Shown here one piece after another: positions 49,010 through 59,067 of a stretch of 64,000 bases of DNA (its first letter is position 1; each line of letters begins with the position of its first letter). The DNA is from Candidatus Latescibacterota bacterium (GTDB lineage: Bacteria > Latescibacterota > UBA2968 > GCA-2709665), in contig OZ250150.1 of assembly GCA_965237675.1 (NCBI GenBank), positions 2,176,001-2,240,000 of the forward strand. Reading direction: 5' to 3'. Under the pieces are notes generated by a model. That model did no database searches and was not told the DNA's origin. It was given only the letters and a program-made list of their open reading frames with translations. Made by a program: the position numbers and the translations under genes.

Positions 49010-49920
49010 TTCTTCAGCCGCAACGCCCGATCTTTCAACGCCCGTGCTTTTTCGATGATCTGGGGCAGGCCATCCTCCTGCAGTTTCTCGATATCCTCCT
49101 TGTACTTCAGTACACAGCCCAGTGTGGCGTTCACCGTTTCGGAATCGAGTTCTTCAATTTCCATCTGCATCAATGCCAGCGCCCAATCGATGGTTTCAGC
49201 GATGCCCGGCCGCTTGTAAAAATCGCGTGTGCGCATCAGTTGCATGAACCCGCACACCTGCTGCGCCAGCCCCGCCTGAATACTTGGAACCCGCGACGCG
49301 ACGATGTCCATTTCTTTCATGAACGTGGGATAGTCGATCCACAGATAGAGGCAGCGTCGTTTGAGGGCATCGTGCAACTCCCGCGTGCGGTTCGACGTGA
49401 GCACCACAAATGGAACCTTCTCAGCGGAAATCGTGCCAATTTCGGGGATGGTAATCTGAAAATCCGAAAGCACTTCCAGAAGAAAGGCCTCGAACTCTTC
49501 GTCGGACCGGTCCACCTCGTCGATCAACAGCACCGGCGGGTTGTTGCCACTGCCCTGAATGGCCTTCAGAAGCGGCCGTTTCAGCAGAAATTCCTCGCTG
49601 AATATATTGCGGCCGATCTCCTGCTTTTCGATGCCTCTGGCCTCTTCCAACCGCATCTCCAGCATCTGCCTGGGATAGTTCCACTCGTACAACGCCGTAT
49701 TGGCGTCCAGGCCTTCGTAACACTGCAGCCGGATCAGATCCGTGTCCATGATCTGCGCCATCACCTTGGCAACCTCTGTCTTGCCTACGCCGGGCTCGCC
49801 CTCCAGAAATATCGGTTTGCCCAGCGCCACGGCCAGGTAGACCGTTGTCGCCAGGGTCCGATCCGCGATATACCCCTCAGCACCAAAACGCTCCTCGACT
49901 TCCTCGATTGACTTTAACAT
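49006..49920 (-). CDS. coxD: MoxR/CoxD AAA+ ATPase
   Basis: GEPGVGKT, RLQCYEGLD, LLIDEVD and TSNRTRELHDALKRRC. Confidence 0.92.
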   Translation of the reverse strand: MLKSIEEVEERFGAEGYIADRTLATTVYLAVALGKPIFLEGEPGVGKTEVAKVMAQIMDTDLIRLQCYEGLDANTALYEWNYPRQMLEMRLEEARGIEKQEIGRNIFSEEFLLKRPLLKAIQGSGNNPPVLLIDEVDRSDEEFEAFLLEVLSDFQITIPEIGTISAEKVPFVVLTSNRTRELHDALKRRCLYLWIDYPTFMKEMDIVASRVPSIQAGLAQQVCGFMQLMRTRDFYKRPGIAETIDWALALMQMEIEELDSETVNATLGCVLKYKEDIEKLQEDGLPQIIEKARALKDRALRLKN

Positions 49921-49941
49921 CCGACCCGTATCTCCCCTTTC

Positions 49942-50496
49942 TCAGCCGAGGGACCGACCCGTTGAACGGTCGGGGCGGGCATACCTCTCAACCCACGCGC
50001 GAAGCGCCTCGACCGTACTGCGAAAACCCAGTTCAGACCAGGGAATCCGGTCTGGAGGGTAGGTCCGAACCTCCAGCGCCTCGAAGTTCCCCGTCAGTTT
50101 GCCTCCGACCACCGTGCCCGTGTACACGACCAGGACCGTCGGTACGTTCGGGTATGAATAGACGCCCAGCAGATCTTCAATCTCGACCTCCAACCCCACC
50201 TCTTCCCTCGCTTCACGCGACGCCGCGGCTTCCACCTGTTCGCCACGGTCGACGTATCCGCCCGGAAAGACCCACTTTCCCATCCCGGGTTCGAAGCCCC
50301 GCTTCAGGAGCACGACCTGTTCGTTCAGCGTAACGATCACGCCGGCCGCCACTTTCGGATCCAGGTAGACCACGAATTCACATGCCGGGCAAACGGCGCG
50401 GTCGTGGCCTTCGACCCGTTTTCGCACCAGCGCCGCGCTGCATCGCTCGCAGAAACGGGCGCCGTCGACGTGAGACGCGGAGTGATCGCTCGCCAT
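49942..50496 (-). CDS. Zn-ribbon Nudix hydrolase
   Basis: CERC...CPAC and the Nudix box GGYVDRGE...AASREAREEVGL. Confidence 0.88.
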   Translation of the reverse strand: MASDHSASHVDGARFCERCSAALVRKRVEGHDRAVCPACEFVVYLDPKVAAGVIVTLNEQVVLLKRGFEPGMGKWVFPGGYVDRGEQVEAAASREAREEVGLEVEIEDLLGVYSYPNVPTVLVVYTGTVVGGKLTGNFEALEVRTYPPDRIPWSELGFRSTVEALRAWVERYARPDRSTGRSLG

Positions 50497-50715
50497 CGAG
50501 AAGAACCCCTTCAGCAAAATGAGCCCGATCGACTAAATATACGGGTTTGAACCCGCATCACAAGCCCTTTTTCTCGCCCATGCGGGCACGGAAGGGCCGC
50601 AAAAAAACCGCAGCTTTTCCCCGGTATGCGGTCTTATACGCAGACATTGCGGACAACTGTCGCCATCATCAAGAAACTGGGGAGCCTCTCGCCTCTCATT
50701 CCCTCCTGGATTCCG

Positions 50716-51393
50716 TCATTCCTCCCCGATATTCTCCTTCTGGTGGCGCACGATCCGTCCCTGCACCAGGTAGACCACGTTCTCCGCAATGTTGGACGCA
50801 TGGTCGCCCATACGCTCCAGGTGCCGCGAGACCAGAATCAGATGAATCGCACGATCGATCGCGTCCGGCTCCGATCGATAATGCAGGTACGTGAGCAACT
50901 CCCTGAAAATCTGATCCCTCAAGCCATCCACCACGTCATCGCGCCGGCGCACGTCGTTGGCCAGGTCCACGTTTCGATTCACGAATGCGTCCAGCGCGTC
51001 CTTGACCATGCCCCGGGCGAGTTCCGCCATCCGTGGGATATCGATGAGAGGTTTCAGAAGCGCCGCCCGGTTCAAAACAAGCGCCCGCTCCGCGATATTC
51101 ACCGCCTGATCGTTGATCCGTTCCAGGTCGTAGTTGATCTTCATCACGGTCGCGATCAGTCTCAGATCGCCGGCGACCGGCTGGCGCACCGCCAGCAGCG
51201 TTAAACATTCGTCTTCGATTTCCACCTCCCACTCATCGATTTCATTCCCGCCGGAAATCACGGTTCCCGCCAGATCGTTGTCCCGGTCCACCAGACACTT
51301 CACGGCCTGGGCGATGGATTCCTCCACCGCCCCACCCATCTTCAGCAACTCGCTTTTCAGATGTTCCAACCGTTGATCCAATGTCCGTTCCAT
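50716..51393 (-). CDS. phoU: Phosphate signalling protein PhoU
   Basis: QPVAGDLR, DLERIND.A.NIA and LERMGDHA.NIAE. Confidence 0.95.
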   Translation of the reverse strand: MERTLDQRLEHLKSELLKMGGAVEESIAQAVKCLVDRDNDLAGTVISGGNEIDEWEVEIEDECLTLLAVRQPVAGDLRLIATVMKINYDLERINDQAVNIAERALVLNRAALLKPLIDIPRMAELARGMVKDALDAFVNRNVDLANDVRRRDDVVDGLRDQIFRELLTYLHYRSEPDAIDRAIHLILVSRHLERMGDHASNIAENVVYLVQGRIVRHQKENIGEE

Positions 51394-51444
51394 TATTTGT
51401 CCCATTCGATGAAATCCACGCATATCTGCCTCGCGCCGTTCCGG

Positions 51445-52257
51445 CTATCCAAATCTTCCCGTTACGTAATCCTCAGTCTGTTTCAACCTCGGATTTGTGA
51501 ACATCTCCTCGGTTCGTGAATGCTCCACCAGCTTTCCCAGATAAAAGAAAGCCGTCCAGTCCGATATTCGGGACGCCTGCTGCAGATTGTGGGTAACAAT
51601 TGCAATGGTATACCGGTTCTTCAACTCATTGATCGTCTCCTCAATATGACCCGTGGCAATTGGATCCAGAGCGGAACAGGGCTCATCCATCAGAATCACC
51701 GAAGGTTCCACCGCAATCGCCCGCGCAATGCAGAGCCGCTGCTGCTGCCCGCCGGAGAGTCCCAGCGCAGACGCTTCCAGACGATCCTTGACCTCGTCCC
51801 AAAGCGCCGCCGCCCGGAGGCTTCGCTCAGCCACCTCATCCAGAACGGCACGCCGGTTCTCCCCGGCAATGCGCAACCCGTACACCACGTTTTCGAAGAT
51901 CGATTTGGGAAAGGGATTCGACTTCTGAAACACCATCCCCACGAGCCGCCGGAGTGAAATTACATCATATCCGTGGGCATAAATGTCCTCGCCTTCGATC
52001 CGGACCCCGCCTTCAATCCTCACCGAGTCGATCAAATCGTTCAATCGGTTCATACATCGGAGCAGCGTCGACTTCCCGCAACCCGACGGTCCGATAAACG
52101 CGGTGACGTTGTGTCGAGGTACGTTCAGACAGATATCGTACAGGGCCTGCGCGTCGCCGTAATACAGACTCAAAGCGTCAACTTCGACAACCGGCCTGCC
52201 GGTTGTCGCGTTATTCACTGGCGGGCCGGCGCCCGGCGCCGTGGAATCCGTACCCAT
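51445..52257 (-). CDS. pstB: Phosphate ABC transporter ATPase
   Basis: [33 protein letters not shown] and [10 protein letters not shown]. Confidence 0.97.
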   Translation of the reverse strand: MGTDSTAPGAGPPVNNATTGRPVVEVDALSLYYGDAQALYDICLNVPRHNVTAFIGPSGCGKSTLLRCMNRLNDLIDSVRIEGGVRIEGEDIYAHGYDVISLRRLVGMVFQKSNPFPKSIFENVVYGLRIAGENRRAVLDEVAERSLRAAALWDEVKDRLEASALGLSGGQQQRLCIARAIAVEPSVILMDEPCSALDPIATGHIEETINELKNRYTIAIVTHNLQQASRISDWTAFFYLGKLVEHSRTEEMFTNPRLKQTEDYVTGRFG

Positions 52258-52341
52258 CTTGTTTGACTCCTCAGTGGTAAATCCGCTCAAGGACTTTCGA
52301 ATTGTCGGATTCCAGCGTTCCTGTCATCGGCCGAAAAGGCA

Positions 52342-53946
52342 CTAGAACCCTGTTTTCTGCAAACGCTTCCGCAGCCGGGAACGGACCTGGATGGCCGTCA
52401 GGTTCAGTGCGAGCACGATAAGTATCAGCAACAGGGTTGTGGTATACACCATTGGACGGGCCGCCTCCACGTTGGGCGACTGAAAGCCCACGTCGTATAT
52501 GTGGAACCCCAGGTGCATGAACTTGCGTTCCAGGTGAAAAAACGGCCAGGCGCCGTCCACGGGCAGCGTCGGCGCGAGTTTGACCACACCGGTTATCATC
52601 AGCGGCGCCACTTCGCCCGCGCCTCTGGCCACCACAAGCACAATCCCCGTGAGAATTCCAGGGAGCGCCGCGGGAAGAACGACTCGCCAGATGGTCTGAA
52701 ACTGCGTGGCCCCCAGCGCAAGCGACCCCTCGCGTACCTCGCCGGGCACAGACGCCAGGGCCTCCTCCGAGGCCACGATCATTACGGGCACCGTCAACAG
52801 CGCAAGTGTCAACGACGCCCAGAGAATGCCACCGGTGCCGAAAGTGGGCGCCGGCGACGCCTCGGGGAAAAAGAGCCAGTCCAGACTGCCGCCTACGCCA
52901 TAGACGAAAAATCCGAGTCCGAACATGCCAAAGACGATTGAGGGCACTCCAGCGAGATTGTTCACCGCAATCCGGATCGCCCGCACAAGCGGACCCTGCC
53001 TGGCATATTCACGCAGATACAACGCTGCCAGAATTCCGAATGGCACCGCCGCCAGACTCATCAGAATGACCATCATTACCGTACCGAAGATCGCCGGAAA
53101 CACGCCGCCTTCGGTGTTGGACTCACGGGGTTCCGCAGACAGGAACTCCCAGCCCCGATCCAGGTATACGCCCGCCTTGCCGAACACCCCCAGCCGATTC
53201 GGCCGATACGCGCGCACCACGTCTGCCACCGCGAGCCGGCGCACCTCACCTCCGATCAGACGGATCTCGAGTTGCGGTACTTCGCTCTCTTCCCTGAGGC
53301 GGTTCAGTTCGGCGGCCAGAGATTCATAACGTGTCCAATAGTGGCGGCTCGTCTCGTCCAGTTGCGAAATCTCCGCCTGCTGTGCGTCAGCCGCCAGTTC
53401 AAGTTTTCGTTTTTCCCCGCGAAGCTGCTCGATCCGCCGGTTCAGATCCGATATGGCGTTGTGCTCAATGTCGCGGACCTTCTTCAGAACCGCGCCGGTT
53501 CGCCGCATCTGCTTTTGAAACGCGGTCCAGCCGGCTGAACCTCCGTCCGCCACCTTGTTCTCGCCTTCGAACACGGCATCCAGGAACCCGAACAGATGTC
53601 CCCACTCACGGCGCTCGAACACCACCGCGCTTTCCGGAAAGGACCGTTCCAGAATTTGCGCCTCGTCAATCCACTGGAAGTCAACTCCGTACGCATCCCG
53701 GTTCGCCACCTTTATCTGAACCCGGTATTCCCCTTGCCGGTTCGGAATCTCCTGCCGATCCCAGACCTGACCCATCACAACCGCGTCACCATGGAGACGA
53801 AACGCGGTCAGGTCGCCGGGCCAGAAAAAGCCAAGACCGTTGTAGATCACCAGGCCGATCAATCCCACTATCATCAGGACGCAGAAAGCGAGCGCGCCCC
53901 CCGTCAGCCAGATATACGCCTGCCCTGACTTCCAGAACCCGTTCAT
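52342..53946 (-). CDS. pstA: Phosphate ABC permease PstA, long form
   Basis: PRESNTEGGVFPAIFGT, NLAGVPSIVFG and GE.APL, with an extended coiled-coil periplasmic region. Confidence 0.93.
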   Translation of the reverse strand: MNGFWKSGQAYIWLTGGALAFCVLMIVGLIGLVIYNGLGFFWPGDLTAFRLHGDAVVMGQVWDRQEIPNRQGEYRVQIKVANRDAYGVDFQWIDEAQILERSFPESAVVFERREWGHLFGFLDAVFEGENKVADGGSAGWTAFQKQMRRTGAVLKKVRDIEHNAISDLNRRIEQLRGEKRKLELAADAQQAEISQLDETSRHYWTRYESLAAELNRLREESEVPQLEIRLIGGEVRRLAVADVVRAYRPNRLGVFGKAGVYLDRGWEFLSAEPRESNTEGGVFPAIFGTVMMVILMSLAAVPFGILAALYLREYARQGPLVRAIRIAVNNLAGVPSIVFGMFGLGFFVYGVGGSLDWLFFPEASPAPTFGTGGILWASLTLALLTVPVMIVASEEALASVPGEVREGSLALGATQFQTIWRVVLPAALPGILTGIVLVVARGAGEVAPLMITGVVKLAPTLPVDGAWPFFHLERKFMHLGFHIYDVGFQSPNVEAARPMVYTTTLLLILIVLALNLTAIQVRSRLRKRLQKTGF

Positions 53947-54258
53947 TCGATTGGCTCCGGACGTGCGATGCGGGCAATTGAGGCGCGGAAATGAGAAACC
54001 ATCCTGTCCTCTTTGTCGAATCCCTCATCCCGGGACTCGACACAAAAAGCCTGCCTAAACGTGGTCATTGAGCTTGTCGAAATGCCCGCGTTTTCTAACC
54101 TTTTTAGCGATCTTCAACGACCTTCGCCGACCCTTCGACAAGCTCAGGGAGCGGCTCAGGTCGCAGGCGCCTTGCCAGCCGGTCGACTCGGCGGCCTAAT
54201 TTCGGCGATATTTTCCGGAACGAAACATCAGGAAAAACGAGCCTCGAAGCGTCGGGAT

Positions 54259-56511
54259 TTATATCCTGCTGTACCGTTCACGAAGCCGCTGCCGTACGAT
54301 TTCCGCCAGGGTGTTGACGACGAACGTCACTCCCGCAAGCAGCAGACCGGTCAGAAAGAGCACGCGGTAGAGCGTTCCCTCGTGCGGCGCTTCCGGGATT
54401 TCCACGGCAATATTGGCCGACAGGGTGCGCATACCGTTGAAGATGCTCCAATCCATAATGGGCGTATTTCCGGTCGCCATCAACACAATCATCGTTTCAC
54501 CCACTGCCCGTCCGAATCCGATCATCGTTGCCGAAAAGATACCTGGGCTGGCCGTAGGCAACACAACGCGAACGGCCGTCTGCCAGGGTGTTGCGCCCAG
54601 AGCCAGGGATCCGGCCCTGATGTGTGACGGTACGCTTGCGAGCGCGTCTTCGCAAATCGTATAGATGATCGGGATCACCGCAAAACCCATTGCGAAACCC
54701 ACAACCAGACAATTCCTCTGGTCGTAACGGGTGTCGGCGGAATCCACCAGCCAGCGCTGAAAATTACCGCCCCAGAATGCGCTCTCCAGCAACGGCCCGA
54801 GCGCCAGCGCCAACCAGATACCCATAAGGGACACCGCCACGTAGAACGCCTCCGGCCCCGGCAACCGGTTCTTCACGCGCCCGGGCAGGAGGGACCAGAC
54901 CCAGGACGCCGCGATAACGGTCAGGGCGACCGTTGGCAGCAGCAGCAAAACGCCCACCACGTGGCGTTCCAGCAACGGCGCCAGCCATAGACCGCCCAGA
55001 AAGCCGAGAATCACACTTGGAAGCGATGCCATCAACTCCACCGTCGGTTTCACCACATTGCGCACTCGCGGGTGAGCGAACTCGGACGTATAGATAGCGG
55101 CGAGAACGGCCAGGGGCAGCGCGAAAAACATCGCGTAAAACGTCCCTTTCGCGGTGCCATACGCGAGAGGAATGATGCTCAACTTGGGCTCGTATTCGTC
55201 GGTTCCGCCCGTGGACTGCCAGACGTACTCAGGTTCGGCGTATCCCTCGTACCACACTTTGCCAAACAGCGTTCTCAGTGTCACTTCCGGATGCGGATTG
55301 GATAGTTCATAGTGGCTCAAACGACCGTCGGCATTCAGACTCAGGAATCCATCTGCTTTGGGCGCGAACGTCAGATCGGTCACCTCCGATCCCTCCGCCA
55401 GTTCGAAAAACGTCTGACCGGACGTCATGTGGTGCAGCATCAGGTGTCCACCGACGCTACCCGTCAAAAACTGTTTGTCGCGCGCGGAGGGCGCAATCGC
55501 GTTCACCGCCGTGCGATGTGGCCGAAAATCGCGAATTTTCCGAAACGTCCCGCGGACACCGCCGGTGGGCCCGCGCACGGGAAACCAGGTACTCACATGC
55601 CCACCGGCGTCACCCACAACCACCGATACGTCGCCAAGCAGAAACGCAAGCGCTGTAATCGCCTGGTCCGAAGCACGAAAGCGCTGCGCGAGGGTTGGGG
55701 GCGACTTAAGGTTGGATAGGTCCCAGCAATACACCTCTCCACGGTCCGTCCCCGCCAGAAGTTGGCGACCGTTCCCGTGGACCAGCACCGTGGTGGGCCT
55801 TCCGTCAACCGCATCCGTCAATTCGTAAACGAACGATTCCTGCTTACCACCACCCAGCAAACCCCTCTTTTTCTGACTGCCCGCCAACAGCAGCCGGCCG
55901 GACGCCGTGACCCCCGCCGCGGTGGACCGCCGCGCCCCGTCTGTCCGATAACCAACCTGAACGATGGGCTCGCCCCTTTGATCGAGCAGCACGTTATCCA
56001 GAACCTGAAACTCGGGCGCGACCCTGCGCTTACCCTGCGGATAGTCCACCCGATAAATCACCTTCGCCACGGCAACGTGGCCATCCGACATTCCCAGACC
56101 GAGGTATCCGTCCATAAGCGAAGGATGGACGGATACCACGCGCCGGTCCCGAAATACGTCGCCACGTTCCCTGTGAATCGTTTCTCCATTGATTAATCGG
56201 ATAAAATCGATCCCTTCCGGTCGCACGACGTATCCCACATCGCGGTACGGATCGGTGCCCGCCGCAAGCCCCCGCCGGCCGTCGTTACCGTCCAGCGTGT
56301 GACTATTCACAATCGTCGCCGGCGCCGGAGACAGGAATAGGGGAAAGGCTTCGCGGAGTACAAAAGCCATAATGCCCAGTACCACAAGGATCACCCCCAC
56401 ACCGCCCACGGCGATCACCCACCGGCCCACACGGTCCATTGTACGTGCCGCCGGCGTGATGCCGGGGAGCGACCGGGGATTCTCTGATTTGGTATCATTC
56501 GGTTGCGCCAT
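54259..56511 (-). CDS. pstC: Phosphate ABC permease PstC, long form with a beta-propeller periplasmic domain
   Basis: KVWYEGY..P.Y.WQS, LPSVILGF and RAVGETMIVLMATGN. Confidence 0.92.
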   Translation of the reverse strand: MAQPNDTKSENPRSLPGITPAARTMDRVGRWVIAVGGVGVILVVLGIMAFVLREAFPLFLSPAPATIVNSHTLDGNDGRRGLAAGTDPYRDVGYVVRPEGIDFIRLINGETIHRERGDVFRDRRVVSVHPSLMDGYLGLGMSDGHVAVAKVIYRVDYPQGKRRVAPEFQVLDNVLLDQRGEPIVQVGYRTDGARRSTAAGVTASGRLLLAGSQKKRGLLGGGKQESFVYELTDAVDGRPTTVLVHGNGRQLLAGTDRGEVYCWDLSNLKSPPTLAQRFRASDQAITALAFLLGDVSVVVGDAGGHVSTWFPVRGPTGGVRGTFRKIRDFRPHRTAVNAIAPSARDKQFLTGSVGGHLMLHHMTSGQTFFELAEGSEVTDLTFAPKADGFLSLNADGRLSHYELSNPHPEVTLRTLFGKVWYEGYAEPEYVWQSTGGTDEYEPKLSIIPLAYGTAKGTFYAMFFALPLAVLAAIYTSEFAHPRVRNVVKPTVELMASLPSVILGFLGGLWLAPLLERHVVGVLLLLPTVALTVIAASWVWSLLPGRVKNRLPGPEAFYVAVSLMGIWLALALGPLLESAFWGGNFQRWLVDSADTRYDQRNCLVVGFAMGFAVIPIIYTICEDALASVPSHIRAGSLALGATPWQTAVRVVLPTASPGIFSATMIGFGRAVGETMIVLMATGNTPIMDWSIFNGMRTLSANIAVEIPEAPHEGTLYRVLFLTGLLLAGVTFVVNTLAEIVRQRLRERYSRI

Positions 56512-56536
56512 AAACACACCTTGCAGTTTCTCCCGG

Positions 56537-56668
56537 CGATTCATCCCGTCTCGCTGCGTTGGGCCGACCTTGTCCAGGTCGCAGGCGCCGGTTCCTGAGC
56601 CTGTCGAAGGATGCCAGCCGGGCGACTCCGCGACCGAATTTCGGCAATCTATTTCCGGGACAGAACAC
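56537..56668. mobile_element. MITE family F copy with an embedded REP-B, between pstS and pstC
   Basis: GATTCATCCCGTCTCGCTGCGTT...ATTTCCGGGACAGAACAC, abutting the pstS TAG. Confidence 0.65.
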
Positions 56669-57645
56669 TAGTTGCCGGCTGCTTCCAGCTTGGCGAGTTC
56701 TTCTTCAACGACTTCGTAGGGCACAGGCATATAACCATCCTTAATGACGATTTCCTGACCCTCTTTTGAGAAAACATACCTGCAGAACTCGCGCACCATC
56801 GGGTCCAGCGGCTTACCCGGGGATTTGTTGATGTAGATGAACAAAAAACGGCCCAACGGATAGGATCCGTCCAGTACGTTTTCCATGCTGGCATCCTTGT
56901 ACCCTTCCTCCCGATCCGCTGCAAGGGGTACCACGCGCACGTCCGACGTCCTGTATCCGATTCCACTGTATCCGATCCCGTACCGGTCTTCCGCCACCCC
57001 CTGCACCACGGAAGCCGAACCCGGCTGTTCCTTTACTTCATCCTTGAAGTCACCCTTGAACAGTGCGTTTTTCTTGAAAAAGCCATACGTTCCGGACGCC
57101 GAGTTCCGACCGTACAGACTGATCAACGCCGTTGCCGCCTCGTCCGTCCATCCCACCTGGCTCCAACGGACGATATTTTCAGGAAATTCACCCCGGCGGT
57201 TTTTGGAAAAAATCGCATCCACCTGCTCCAGCGTCAAGCCTTCGACTGGATTGTCTTTATTCACGAAAACCGCGAGCGCATCGAGGGCCGTTCTCAGCGG
57301 CCTGGGCGGGTACCCGAACGCATTTTCGAACTTGTCAACCTCCGTTGCCTTCATCGAACGGGACATGGGTCCGAACTGTGCGGTGCCTTCGATCAGAGCC
57401 GGCGGGGCCGTGCCGGACCCTTTTCCTTCGATCTGCACGTTCACGTTCGGGTAATATTTGCGAAAGCCCTCGAGCCACAGCGCCATCAGGTTGTTCATCG
57501 TATCCGACCCGATGCTGCTGGCGCTTCCTGAAATCCCCCGCGCCTTATTATAGGCCGGAATCCGCGGGTCGACCTCAAACGTCTGCGACCGAACGGGAAC
57601 CGCGGCCAGTATCAGTAATATCAATCCGGCAACTGTTCGAATCAT
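56668..57645 (-). CDS. pstS: Phosphate-binding protein PstS
   Basis: GSDTM, GKGSGTA, GRNSASGTY.FF, GIGYSGIGY and YPL.R.L.IY. Confidence 0.95.
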   Translation of the reverse strand: MIRTVAGLILLILAAVPVRSQTFEVDPRIPAYNKARGISGSASSIGSDTMNNLMALWLEGFRKYYPNVNVQIEGKGSGTAPPALIEGTAQFGPMSRSMKATEVDKFENAFGYPPRPLRTALDALAVFVNKDNPVEGLTLEQVDAIFSKNRRGEFPENIVRWSQVGWTDEAATALISLYGRNSASGTYGFFKKNALFKGDFKDEVKEQPGSASVVQGVAEDRYGIGYSGIGYRTSDVRVVPLAADREEGYKDASMENVLDGSYPLGRFLFIYINKSPGKPLDPMVREFCRYVFSKEGQEIVIKDGYMPVPYEVVEEELAKLEAAGN

Positions 57646-57939
57646 CCGTCTACACCTCCCGATTATCAGGGCGATTGTCTGAAGAAATTCAGACGTTAAT
57701 GTAAACCGCCATTGTTACGTTTGTGTGCCAACAGGAGAGGGAGTCGAAATTTCGTCGGGCGGGCGTTCCGGGGACCGACTCTGTCGCGAAGGCTCCAGGC
57801 GTCGCAGCGGCCTCGCCGCCAAATCCCGAATCGTTGGCCTCGTACCGCACCCGCCCGGACCAGCGGTCATTCCATCCTGTCTGCGTGCGTGAGGCACAAC
57901 GCACAGGCAGGCGCCGGTTCATCCCGTAGGACGGGTACA

Positions 57940-57994
57940 AATATGTTCCGCATCTGTTACGAACAGGTCGCTATTGTGTGACGAATAGGTTACG
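57940..57994 (-). promoter_or_regulatory. Pho-box-like array: five 11-bp direct repeats
   Basis: Minus strand CGTAACCTATT-CGTCACACAAT-AGCGACCTGTT-CGTAACAGATG-CGGAACATATT. A second pair lies at 57709-57730. Confidence 0.7.
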
Positions 57995-58609
57995 ATACCT
58001 GGCTTTGGTGTCCTGTCCAGGAAATATGGCGCCATTCATCCGCCGATTCATCCCGTCTCGCCTCATAACCGACACCCTTTCGCTCCGCTCGGGAACGCAC
58101 CAGGAATTTTGAAACAGCTTCGTAGAGACCGGACAGGCTCACCCGGAGCGTGACCGCTTCAGCCCTGTTCGGTCTTTCTTGTTTTTTAAATCGCTTCAAC
58201 GTATAATTATTGGGTGGACGCAATGCTTATTCCCAATAGGGATTGATCATCAGGGAGGACCTCTCCCCCCGGCCCCCTCTCCTGCAAGGAAAGGGGGAGT
58301 TGAACCAGGCGTTGCGCCAACACGGTTTTAAATGAGCTCTGATTGAGCGGACCCATCACAATATTTCGCCTGGATTTTTTCATCAATCGAAATGGCTTCA
58401 GCCAATCTGACCGTTCATCAACCGATCGCAGTTCCCCCTTCCTCTCAGGAAGGGGGGTAGGTCTCGTCCGCCAAATCCGTCACAGACAGGTTTTTCTTCC
58501 GTTTCTCTAATCACCCGGAAGCTGTTTCTGCTTCCTGAAACTGCAATCCGTGACAATTCATGAATGAATCAGACTGAACAAGAAATGCATCATCGCCGTA
58601 AGCAAACGG

Positions 58610-58810
58610 GTGAAACGATACGGCGGTGAAAGTCTCAGCTTTGCTGCCATTCGATTCGAGAAGCCGGAGGAAACCTATAAGGGGCTGAAACTCCTGCGTG
58701 GTACCGTGTTGCGAGTGCAAACCAAAAAAGGCAAGCACGTGGATCTGCGAATCCTCGGATCGGTCATCCGGAGAGACGGCCGGTACAAACACCTGAGCTA
58801 TGACGACTGA
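58610..58810 (+). pseudogene. Short hypothetical ORF, probably the 3' fragment of a larger gene
   Basis: Protein-like beta-rich C-terminus (LGSVIRRDGRYKHLSY) with no RBS. Confidence 0.35.
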
Positions 58811-59054
58811 ACGGAAGGCCCGCAGCGAAGCGCGAAACAGGCTGATGTCTCTGGGCATCGGCCTTCTGTTTATCGGGTCCGTTGTTCAGCTTCGGGCGGC
58901 GGACCTCGTGTCCCAACGGACCCTGAAGGAGATACGTGCGCATCCGCCGATTCCCATCGAAATGGCGGTGCCCGCGGACGGCGAAAGCGGAATCATCGCC
59001 TATCTTCGCGGATTGAAAAAAATGTCCGCGGGGCATATCCCCGGCGAACTCTGA
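58800..59054 (+). CDS. Small hypothetical protein with one hydrophobic segment
   Basis: Overlaps the previous ORF and ends 13 nt before the CHAD gene. Confidence 0.35.
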   Translation: MTTERKARSEARNRLMSLGIGLLFIGSVVQLRAADLVSQRTLKEIRAHPPIPIEMAVPADGESGIIAYLRGLKKMSAGHIPGEL

Positions 59055-59067
59055 TGGAAATCACACG

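Noticed and set aside
54259-56511. Unusually long PstC/PstA as novel fusions
   Set aside because: Long-form permeases with these motifs are an established variant of Pst systems.
57715-57731. TGGCAC upstream of pstS as a sigma54 promoter
   Set aside because: No TTGC at -12. It fits better as part of a Pho-box pair.
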